Part shown: positions 19,806 through 27,295 of the stretch, one piece after another
How positions within the stretch are numbered: the first letter of the stretch is position 1
Layout of the letters: each line of letters starts with the position of its first letter
Source: an uncultured Candidatus Melainabacteria bacterium
GTDB taxonomy: Bacteria > Cyanobacteriota > Vampirovibrionia > Gastranaerophilales > Gastranaerophilaceae
Assembly: GCA_934747335.1 (NCBI GenBank)
Contig: CAKVGS010000005.1
Coordinates: forward strand, 8,050-72,049
Reading direction: 5' to 3'
Length of the DNA: 64,000 nucleotides
Notes under the pieces: model-generated
Seen by the model: only the letters and a program-made list of their open reading frames with translations
Database searches by the model: none
What the model was told of the DNA's origin: nothing
Program-made: the position numbers and the translations under genes

Positions 19806-20288
19806 ATGAAGCAAGATGTAAACAGATTTGAAGTCTTAGAAAAAATTACACCGCTTATTGAAAATACAGCAATGCGTTATAATCTTATTCCTATTGAAAT
19901 TGAATTTGTGAAAGAAAATCACAAGTGGTTTTTGAGAATTTATTTATATTCTTACGAAAAAGATATTACGTTAGACGATTGTGAAAATGTAACAAGAAGC
20001 TTAAATGATTTTCTGGACGAACTTATTCCTGTAAAATATTATTTGGAAGTATCTTCACCGGGGCTAGAAAGAAAATTCAAATCAGATAAAGAATTTTTAA
20101 TCTTTAAAGGAAGAAGAATTAGCCTCAAACTAAAACAACCATTGGAAGGTGAAACAGAGAAAATATTTAAAGGCGAAATTTTAGATTGGGATGACAATAA
20201 AGGTTTAACTTTTTTCCGTTTCGAAGATGGCGAAGAATTACAAATACCGAAAACGAATATTCAGTCGGCGAAATTATATATTGATTAA
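19806..20288 (+). CDS. rimP: ribosome maturation factor RimP
   Basis: LEVSSPGLERKF motif; position upstream of nusA; RBS aaggaagg. Confidence 0.9.
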   Translation: MKQDVNRFEVLEKITPLIENTAMRYNLIPIEIEFVKENHKWFLRIYLYSYEKDITLDDCENVTRSLNDFLDELIPVKYYLEVSSPGLERKFKSDKEFLIFKGRRISLKLKQPLEGETEKIFKGEILDWDDNKGLTFFRFEDGEELQIPKTNIQSAKLYID

Positions 20289-20290
20289 AA

Positions 20291-20334
20291 GGGAATAGGG
20301 TAATAAGGTAATAAGGCAATAAGGGAATAAGAGG
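20291..20334. repeat. left arm of the inverted repeat flanking the four-helix-bundle gene; tandem 8-mers G(G/T/C)AATAAG
   Basis: gggaatagggtaataaggtaataaggcaataagggaataagagg; 17 nt (ggcaataagggaataag) are perfectly complementary to 20755-20771, and pairing extends imperfectly. Confidence 0.9.
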
Positions 20335-20343
20335 TTTTAAATT

Positions 20344-20706
20344 ATGTTTCATAAAGATTTGGAAGCTTGGAAAGAATCTATAAAACTTGTGAAATTAGTT
20401 TATAAATTAACTAATGATTTCCCTAACCAGGAACTCTATGGATTAACATCCCAAATAAGACGAGCTGTTATTTCTGTTCCATCTAATATAGCAGAAGGTA
20501 ATGCAAGAGCAACTGCTAAAGAAACTATAAGATTTATTGATATAGCTTTAGGCTCTTTAGCAGAATTAGATACACAATTAACAATTGCACAAGAGTTAAG
20601 TTATATAGAAAATTACAAAATTGAAGATGAACAGATTAAAAAGGTAAATGCATTAATAAGCGGACTAAGAAAATATTTTTTAGAAAAAGTAAATAATAAC
20701 AAATAA
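20344..20706 (+). CDS. four-helix-bundle protein (23S rRNA intervening-sequence protein family, Avd-like superfamily)
   Basis: Family pattern LEAWKES..LV..VY.LT..FP..ELYGLTSQIRRAVISVPSNIAEGNAR....E...F..IALGSLAELDTQL. Confidence 0.9.
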   Translation: MFHKDLEAWKESIKLVKLVYKLTNDFPNQELYGLTSQIRRAVISVPSNIAEGNARATAKETIRFIDIALGSLAELDTQLTIAQELSYIENYKIEDEQIKKVNALISGLRKYFLEKVNNNK

Positions 20707-20754
20707 ATGGAGATAAGAATAATAGAACAATAATGAGCATAGCGAATATAACCA

Positions 20755-20789
20755 CTTATTCCCTTATTGCCCTATTACCTTATTCCCTC
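20755..20789. repeat. right arm of the same inverted repeat
   Basis: cttattcccttattgccctattaccttattccctc, the reverse complement of the left-arm 8-mer array. Confidence 0.9.
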
Positions 20790-20805
20790 AAAAAGGAGAA
20801 AAAAC

Positions 20806-22041
20806 ATGATTAAAATCGGAACAGCATTATTTGAAGCTTGCGAAGAGCTTGAAAGAGAACGTGGTATTTCTAAAGAAGTTCTTATTGCGTCATTATGTGA
20901 TGCAATGGTAGCTGCTTATAAAAAACACATGCACGTAAAAGAAGCTGCTAATATAGAAGCAATTTTGGATGAACAAACCGGCGAAATCGGTGTATTCAGC
21001 ACAAAAACAGTAGTAGAAGAAGTTGAAGATCCTGATACTCAAATTTCATTGGAAGAAGCTCAAGAAATCGACGATGAAGTTGAAGTTGATGATGAAGTTA
21101 AGATTGAAGTTACACCTGAACAATTCGGACGTATTGCAGCACAATCTGCTAAACAAGTTATTACTCAAAGAATTAGAGATGCAGAAAGAAATAACATTTT
21201 GAACGAATTCTTAGAAAAGAAAGGTACTTTGGTAACAGGTATTATTCAAAGAGTTGAAAATAGAAATGTTATCGTTAATATCGGTAAAACGGATGCTATC
21301 ATGCCTCAAAAAGAACAAATTCCTCGCGAATACTATAAACCTGGTAACAGAATCAGAGTATTTGTTCTTAACGTAAAAGAAACAAGCAGACTTCCACAAG
21401 TTATTGTTTCTCACGCTCACCCTGAAATTGTTAAGGAGTTGTTTGAACTTGAAGTTCCTGAAATTGAAGACGGAATTGTAGAAATTAAATCTATTGCTCG
21501 TGAAGCCGGATTCAGAACAAAACTTGCGGTTTGGTCAAATGACCCTGAAGTTGATTCAGTTGGCGCTTGTATAGGACCTCGCGGCTCAAGAATTCAAACT
21601 ATCGTTGGTGAATTAAAGAACGAAAAAATTGATATCGTTAGATGGTCACCGGACCCTGTTGAATACATTGTAAATGCTATTTCACCGGCTAGAGTAGTTT
21701 CAGTTGATATTATGACTGACGATGAAGAAACAAAAGACGCTTTGGTTGTAGTTCCTGATGATCAGCTTTCTTTAGCTATCGGTCGTGAAGGTCAAAACGT
21801 AAGACTTGCTCACAGATTGACAGGTTGGAAGATTGATATCAAGAGCGTTTCTCAAATGGAAGATGAAGAAGCTCGTAAGAATTCAAATTACGACTATGAA
21901 GAAGAAGCTGTTGAAGATGAAGAAAGAACAGTTGATTCTGATGAAATCCAAGAAGAAATTGAAGAAGAAATGAATCAACAAGCTCTTGATGAAGAAGATA
22001 TTCAACAAGAAGAAGTTGAAGAAGCTTCTGAAGAAGAATAA
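20806..22041 (+). CDS. nusA: transcription termination/antitermination factor NusA with acidic C-terminal tail
   Basis: N-terminal domain, S1 and two KH regions (GACIGPRGSRIQ, AIGREGQNVRLA); start moved to the ATG at 20806 behind aaaaggag; the upstream part of the listed ORF overlaps the inverted-repeat arm. Confidence 0.95.
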   Translation: MIKIGTALFEACEELERERGISKEVLIASLCDAMVAAYKKHMHVKEAANIEAILDEQTGEIGVFSTKTVVEEVEDPDTQISLEEAQEIDDEVEVDDEVKIEVTPEQFGRIAAQSAKQVITQRIRDAERNNILNEFLEKKGTLVTGIIQRVENRNVIVNIGKTDAIMPQKEQIPREYYKPGNRIRVFVLNVKETSRLPQVIVSHAHPEIVKELFELEVPEIEDGIVEIKSIAREAGFRTKLAVWSNDPEVDSVGACIGPRGSRIQTIVGELKNEKIDIVRWSPDPVEYIVNAISPARVVSVDIMTDDEETKDALVVVPDDQLSLAIGREGQNVRLAHRLTGWKIDIKSVSQMEDEEARKNSNYDYEEEAVEDEERTVDSDEIQEEIEEEMNQQALDEEDIQQEEVEEASEEE

Positions 22042-22060
22042 TTAAAGATTATTTTGGTTT

Positions 22061-22096
22061 AATCAGGGGTGGTGCAAGCTTCCCCTGATTTTTTAT
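22061..22096 (+). terminator. intrinsic terminator after nusA
   Basis: aatcagggg tggtgcaagctt cccctgatt ttttt. Confidence 0.8.
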
Positions 22097-22105
22097 TGAT
22101 TTTAA

Positions 22106-22515
22106 AGTTAATAACACCCTCTCCCGCCTTCGGCACCCTGTCTTGGATTATTCGGGCGAGCATAACATTCCAATAACAACAAATCCTTACGGATTTTAGT
22201 AGTCATTTCCATGTTATTTGCTCTTACGGGCTTGCTCGCTTACGCTCGACATCGCCCTACCAAAAATCCGCTCCCCCGAGGGAGGGAACTAAAGTCGTTC
22301 GTTTTAATTAAACTACATGCGCTAAATTAACTTTAATTATCTATATCACCCTCATCTGAGCGGAGCTCTGATGAGGGTGGTATAGACAAATATTATTAAC
22401 GAATTTTCCATTCTCCACTTTCAATTTTCCATTTATCAAAACCCACCCGCATCTGTAAGGCTCGGTATAGCCTCACCAACAGCTGCGACCTCCCTAACCA
22501 TGGAGGTTTTTATTT
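22106..22515. repeat. left GC-rich mosaic repeat island (modules M6 interrupted by E133, short M4, AT-rich spacer, M3 inverted)
   Basis: Direct comparison with 23499-24121, 45084-45480, 46491-47004 and 54603-54708. Confidence 0.9.
22140..22272 (+). mobile_element. E133: 133-bp small element inserted inside module M6
   Basis: The host reads ...cggcaccct|cccccgaggg... uninterrupted at 24075-24095 and 54668-54690 (opposite strand); here gtcttggatt...aaaatccgct lies exactly between the two halves. Confidence 0.7.
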
Positions 22516-22638
22516 TTAAAAATTTGTAACAATCATGTAAAGTTTTGTAACAATATTGTCATACATGTGAAATTCTCAAGTCTTGGAAGACTTTATATAT
22601 ATAAAAGTACAAATAGACACGGAGACTAGATACAGACA

Positions 22639-23427
22639 ATGGCATTCTTAATGTTATTACATGAAAAAATGAGGCTTCAACGTAAAGTCAACAAATTGAC
22701 TTTACAAGAACTTCGTATATCTAGTCGAAAGGAAAGGATAACGAAGAACATTTCTAGAGTACAAAAAATGTATTCTAGTAAAATGTCTCAACTTGAGAAA
22801 CAAGCACAAATAATGCAAAGTCAAGCTACGGTATTCTTCCAAAATCAAATGGGATTGGGCACTCAAAATCAAGCATTTAATCCTTGGAATATGAATGGTA
22901 GCGGTGTAACAAGCTTTGTTCTAAACCAAATGGGTAGTATGCTTGCAAGTGGTCAAATTCCAAAAGACAAAGATTCTAAGTTTGATGCAATTGATGGTAC
23001 AAGATTCCAAGAAATGTTGCAAGATTATTATGTAACAGGATTGCAACAAACAAAAAATGCTGATGGTAACTACTTAGGTGATGATAAATTTGGTACAGAT
23101 GGTAAGTTTACAAAAGACGAAGTAACTGCTTTCAAGATGGCAATGTCAGCAGCTCAAAACAACCAATCTCAAGCTCAAGCAATGTGCAGTCAGATGAGTT
23201 CTCAATACCAAAGCAATGTTTCAATTTGGTTAGAAGCAGCAAAATCACAATTAGAAGCAGAACAAGATATGGCTCTTGCTCCGTTAGAAGAAAAAGAAAC
23301 CGAAATGGATTTGGACAAAGAATCTTGCGAAGCTCAACTTGCAGATGCAAAGGCAAGATTGGAAAGCATCAAACAAGCTTGTTCAGAAGGAATCAAGGAC
23401 TCAGCTCCAACCTTCGGTTTAGGTTAA
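22639..23427 (+). CDS. orphan Q/N-rich coiled-coil protein
   Basis: 262-aa ORF with heptad-like N- and C-terminal segments and a Q/N/S/M-rich middle; no recognisable domain; weakly placed ggag 14 nt upstream. Confidence 0.55.
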   Translation: MAFLMLLHEKMRLQRKVNKLTLQELRISSRKERITKNISRVQKMYSSKMSQLEKQAQIMQSQATVFFQNQMGLGTQNQAFNPWNMNGSGVTSFVLNQMGSMLASGQIPKDKDSKFDAIDGTRFQEMLQDYYVTGLQQTKNADGNYLGDDKFGTDGKFTKDEVTAFKMAMSAAQNNQSQAQAMCSQMSSQYQSNVSIWLEAAKSQLEAEQDMALAPLEEKETEMDLDKESCEAQLADAKARLESIKQACSEGIKDSAPTFGLG

Positions 23428-23464
23428 TCAAATATCGGATAGTAATTATTATAATAATTGACTC

Positions 23465-23497
23465 CGCCTGCTCCCAAAAGAGCAGGCGTTCTTGTAT
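23465..23497 (+). terminator. hairpin after the orphan coiled-coil ORF
   Basis: cgcctgctc ccaaaa gagcaggcg ttcttgtatt (weak T tract). Confidence 0.5.
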
Positions 23498-23614
23498 TAA
23501 AACCTCCATGGTTAGGGAGGTCGCAGCTGTTGGCGAGGCTATGCAGAGCCTTACAGATGCGGGTGGGTATTTGATAAATGGAAAATTGAAAGTGGAAAAT
23601 TAGTTAATAATTTT

Positions 23615-23755
23615 TATCTATACCACCCTCATCAGAGCTCCGCTCAGCTTCTCCCCTCGAGGGAGAAGCGGTAGAATACGTTAAATTGGCGCAAGTGACG
23701 GCTTCGCCCTTGAGGGGAGAAGCTGAGCGGAGCTCTGATGAGGGTGGTATAGATA
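23615..23755. repeat. module M4, full copy: 44-bp perfect inverted repeat around a 53-nt centre
   Basis: tatctataccaccctcatcagagctccgctcagcttctcccctc (23615-23658) is the exact reverse complement of 23712-23755. Confidence 0.95.
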
Positions 23756-23766
23756 ATTAAATTAAT

Positions 23767-23830
23767 CCATGTTATTTGCTCTTACGGGCTTGCTCGCTAA
23801 CGCTCGACATCGTCCTACCGAAAATCCGCT
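23767..23830 (+). repeat. E133 3' half copy, with the same right junction (ccgct|cccccgag) as the copy at 22140-22272
   Basis: ccatgttatttgctcttacgggcttgctcgctaacgctcgacatcgtcctaccgaaaatccgct. Confidence 0.8.
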
Positions 23831-24139
23831 CCCCCGAGAAAGGGAGTGATATACGTTAATTGAACGACTGTGGTTATTCCATCTCCGAGGGAGAGGGCTA
23901 GGGTGAGGGTTTTGCAATACGTAAAGTAAACAAATTTTATAAACTAAATCGCCTACGGCACGACCCCTCACCCGAAAATCTAAGTTTCGCACAGCTCAAC
24001 TTGATTTTCTACCCTCTCCCAAAGAGAGGGTTTGTGCGAACCCCGAACGACTTTAGTTCCCTCCCTTTTGTCCATTTTACTCGGGGGAGGGTGCCGAAGG
24101 CGGGAGAGGGTGTTATTAACTATAATAAAAAGCCTACAA

Positions 24140-27100
24140 CTAACCCGCAGTCAAAGAGAAAATATCGTAGATTTCTTGGTCTGAAAGTTCTGTAATAATC
24201 TTTTCGCCTTCGTAAACCGCCAAATCAGCAAGTTCTTTTTTAGACTTCAACATCTCGTCAATCTTTTCTTCAAAAGTTCCGAGTGTAATAAGTCTATGCA
24301 CCATAACGTTCTTTTCTTGACCGATACGGTACGTTCTATCTGTCGCTTGATCCTCTACCGCCGGATTCCACCACAAGTCATAGTGAATTACGTTAGTTGC
24401 ACTTGTTAAGTTCAAACCTGTACCACCGGCTTTCAGTGAAAGTATCATAATTTTTCTATCGTTATTCGTTTGGAAATCTTCAATCAATTTTTCACGTTGT
24501 GGAACTGTTAATGAACCGTGGAAAAATGAAGGTTCTGAACCACATTCTTCAAGTAGCATTTTAGTTAATAAATCGCCCATTTCTTTATATTGAGTGAAAA
24601 TAAGAGTTTTTTCATTATTATCCAAAATACTCTGCACCAAAGAAACGCATTTTTCTGCCTTACCTGAAAGTTCTTTAGAAGTTTCACCGCTTTTTAAGAA
24701 TTGATAAGGGTGATTACAAATTTGTTTAAGCGCAGTTATAAGCTTGAAAATATTACCGCGTCTGTTAACACCTGTAAATCCGCTGATTTTTTCCATCATT
24801 TCGTTAAGCGTTTTTTCGTATAAAATAGCTTGAGATTTAGCCAAATAGCAATAATCGTTCATTACCATCTTGTCAGGCAAATCCGAAATTACGTGTTTAT
24901 CGGTTTTTAAACGTCTTAAAACAAATGGTGAAACAGAAAGTTTAAGTTTTGACGCCCTTGTTTTTTCTTTAAACCTTTCAATAGGCACAGCATAACTCTT
25001 TTGGAATTCCTTTAATGAGCCTAAATAACCTTTGTTGATGAAGTCGAAAATACTCCAAAGCTCTGTAAGACGGTTTTCCACCGGAGTACCTGTCATTGCA
25101 ATCTTGATATCTGATTTTAGTGATTTAATCGCCAAAGTTTGCGCCGTGTCAGGGTTTTTAATATTTTGAGCTTCGTCTACAACAATCATGCCCCAAGTAT
25201 TTTTCTTCATTTCTTCAACATCTATTCTCATGATTGCATAAGTTGTAAGAATAACGTCGCATTTTAAATCAAGTTTTCTATCCATTCCATGATAAGTCGC
25301 AGTTTTTAGAGAAGGTGCAAACAGTTGCAATTCTTTCATCCAGTTACCCATCAAAGTAGTTGGACAAATTACCAACACAGGGTTTTTAATTTTCTTTTCT
25401 TCTTTTAGTTTAAGAATTAAGCTTATAACCTGAATGGTTTTACCTAACCCCATATCGTCAGCCATACAACAACCAAAACCTTTTGAAACATTTGTCCAAA
25501 GCCATTTAAGACCTGTCATTTGGTATGCTCTTAAATCGCCCTTCAAACCTTCAGGCTGAGTAACTTCAACAGGCTTTGCAAAATCCTTGATAACGTTTGC
25601 ATAAGCTTCATCATAATTGAAGTCATAATTTTGAAGTTGACCTGACATAGAAGCGTGTATAAGTTCAAGTCTTGTCATCTTCTTATGATTAGCATTTTGA
25701 ATTTGTTCAACAAGCTTCAAGCCTTCAGCTTTATCAACTAAAATGTATTTGCCGTTGTATTGAATTAGGCCGTTGCTTTCGTTTACAAGTTTGTTAAACT
25801 CTTCCAATGAAATCTTTTCATCACCTAATGAAATTTCGTAAGTAAAGTCTAAAATATCATCAAGAGAAATTGCACTGCTTGAAACAGTGTTAAAGATATT
25901 CATTAAATCGTCTGAACGAGAAGCTTTAACTTTAGCATTAATTGATGCTCGCGGAATAATAATATTTGTTAACTCTTCCGGTAAGATTACGTCAATTTGT
26001 GCTTTTTGTAAGTAATAAGCCGTTTGAGCAATAATTTTATAAACTTCATTTAAGTTCAAAGTTAGAGCTAGTTTGTCTTCATCTTCAAAAAGAGTTTCAA
26101 GCTCCGGCATGTATCTAACGGCATAATTAAGTTGTTTTTCAATAATTTTAGATATATCAGCCGTATCTAAGCCCCAAATCTCATCTTCATGATAAAGTTC
26201 GTCAAGAAGAATTGTCTCATCAGTTTTTCTATTTTTGATATGGATTTTAAGTTCAAACTGATCATCGCTAACTTTATTTACCTTGAAGAATGGGATTAAG
26301 TCATATTTGCCGAGATACAATTCATCGAACCATTGCGCAAAGTTTTCGGCAAGGTCTTTACCCTTCATTAAGCATCTTTGTTCTAAATCCTTAATCATAT
26401 AATGACCGGATTTAATGTCTTTGAAACGGTAAGCCTTAATTCCTAAGAATTTGTAAACAAGGTAGTTCAAATATTCTCTGACAAATCTTTCAACAAAATC
26501 TTTTGGCTTGTCACCTTTAATGAACAAGTTTTCAGGTAGATTGTTTTCAAGCTCGTTAATAATTTTTGCAGATTCTTTATTAGAAATAATCGGCTCATAA
26601 ACAATTCTGAAAGAACCGCCTGATGCGCCTTCTTTTCTATGTACTGTCGGTATAAAGTACAATTTTTCAATAAGCTTCATAACAAAGTGTGTAAGCTTGT
26701 TGAAATATGCAAAAGTTTGAGTTAATGAAGAGAAATCAACAACTTCACCAAATCCGCCAAAATAGTCTAAAACTAAATCTAATGGCATGATGTAGCCGAT
26801 TTGACCGTTAACTTCTTTAGACGTAAATCTAAACATTGAACCTTTAGATTTTAGATAAAATTGAAAATTGTTTGTAGGTGTTACAAAAAACGACAATTTA
26901 GGATTAGTCACCGTACCATCGTTTATAAGCAAGAAATCAGTATTTCTTACAGGTGAATTCGGAGATAGAAAAATCCCCTCAAACTCATCCTCTACAAGCT
27001 GATAAATCAAACTTAACGTGTAACGGAAATCTTTGTTCTTGAAACCGTTTGGGTTTTCACTCAAATTGTAAAAGAACTCATCTACATTGTTTTTCTTTAG

Positions 27101-27145
27101 TGATAAATCTATATTTAATGGTTTAACGTTATTTTCTTCAGTCAT
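24140..27145 (-). CDS. SNF2-family helicase/ATPase with long N-terminal SNF2-associated region
   Basis: DDMGLGKTIQ, DEAQNIKN, TGTPVENRLTELWS, GGTGLNLT...WWNPAVEDQATDRTYRIGQ. Confidence 0.95.
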   Translation of the reverse strand: MTEENNVKPLNIDLSLKKNNVDEFFYNLSENPNGFKNKDFRYTLSLIYQLVEDEFEGIFLSPNSPVRNTDFLLINDGTVTNPKLSFFVTPTNNFQFYLKSKGSMFRFTSKEVNGQIGYIMPLDLVLDYFGGFGEVVDFSSLTQTFAYFNKLTHFVMKLIEKLYFIPTVHRKEGASGGSFRIVYEPIISNKESAKIINELENNLPENLFIKGDKPKDFVERFVREYLNYLVYKFLGIKAYRFKDIKSGHYMIKDLEQRCLMKGKDLAENFAQWFDELYLGKYDLIPFFKVNKVSDDQFELKIHIKNRKTDETILLDELYHEDEIWGLDTADISKIIEKQLNYAVRYMPELETLFEDEDKLALTLNLNEVYKIIAQTAYYLQKAQIDVILPEELTNIIIPRASINAKVKASRSDDLMNIFNTVSSSAISLDDILDFTYEISLGDEKISLEEFNKLVNESNGLIQYNGKYILVDKAEGLKLVEQIQNANHKKMTRLELIHASMSGQLQNYDFNYDEAYANVIKDFAKPVEVTQPEGLKGDLRAYQMTGLKWLWTNVSKGFGCCMADDMGLGKTIQVISLILKLKEEKKIKNPVLVICPTTLMGNWMKELQLFAPSLKTATYHGMDRKLDLKCDVILTTYAIMRIDVEEMKKNTWGMIVVDEAQNIKNPDTAQTLAIKSLKSDIKIAMTGTPVENRLTELWSIFDFINKGYLGSLKEFQKSYAVPIERFKEKTRASKLKLSVSPFVLRRLKTDKHVISDLPDKMVMNDYCYLAKSQAILYEKTLNEMMEKISGFTGVNRRGNIFKLITALKQICNHPYQFLKSGETSKELSGKAEKCVSLVQSILDNNEKTLIFTQYKEMGDLLTKMLLEECGSEPSFFHGSLTVPQREKLIEDFQTNNDRKIMILSLKAGGTGLNLTSATNVIHYDLWWNPAVEDQATDRTYRIGQEKNVMVHRLITLGTFEEKIDEMLKSKKELADLAVYEGEKIITELSDQEIYDIFSLTAG

Positions 27146-27184
27146 TGTTTTCTCTCAATATAATTATGTAGTTAAAGATTTTAG

Positions 27185-27285
27185 AAGTTGAATAGTTGAA
27201 AGGTTGAAAGGTTCTTTAAATTCGCTAACGCTCATAAAGGTTATAATGAACGATTCAACTGTTAAGCTTTTCAACTATTCAACTT
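27185..27285. repeat. 17-bp perfect inverted repeat with 67-nt spacer between gpmI and the SNF2 gene
   Basis: aagttgaatagttgaaa (27185-27201) versus tttcaactattcaactt (27269-27285); a ttgaaagg x2 tandem sits inside. Confidence 0.8.
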
Positions 27286-27295
27286 TTTCTCTTTT

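Larger units (their letters stand above)
23499..24121. repeat. right GC-rich mosaic repeat island (M3, spacer, full M4, half E133, M2 inv, M1 inv, M6 inv)
   Basis: Mirror order of the left island; terminal 33 bp (24089-24121) are the perfect reverse complement of 22106-22138. Confidence 0.9.

Noticed and set aside
20344-20706. Diversity-generating retroelement (the four-helix-bundle protein is Avd-like)
   Set aside because: There is no reverse transcriptase gene in the window, and no template/variable repeat pair with adenine-specific differences. The gene fits the stand-alone IVS-protein type better.
20767-20805. N-terminal extension of nusA (MPYYLIPSKRRKN)
   Set aside because: It translates the right arm of the inverted 8-mer array. 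The ATG at 20806 has a good RBS (aaaaggag) and gives a canonical NusA N-terminus.
22106-24121. CRISPR array as an explanation for the repeated GC-rich units
   Set aside because: There is no regular repeat-spacer periodicity. The units are long, of several kinds and in both orientations, and no cas genes are in the window.
23762-24195. ORFs 23762-23992 (-) and 24001-24195 (+) inside the right repeat island
   Set aside because: They read through palindromic GC-rich modules (peptides such as NPHPSPLPRRW). They have no RBS and the same modules occur in both orientations elsewhere, so these are translation artefacts of repeats.
24140-27145. SNF2 helicase as part of a DISARM/BREX-like or other multi-gene defence system
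   Set aside because: The neighbours are gpmI and the repeat cassette. No methyltransferase, PLD nuclease, DUF1998 or second helicase is nearby. It looks like the common stand-alone bacterial SNF2 protein with an N-terminal SNF2-associated region.
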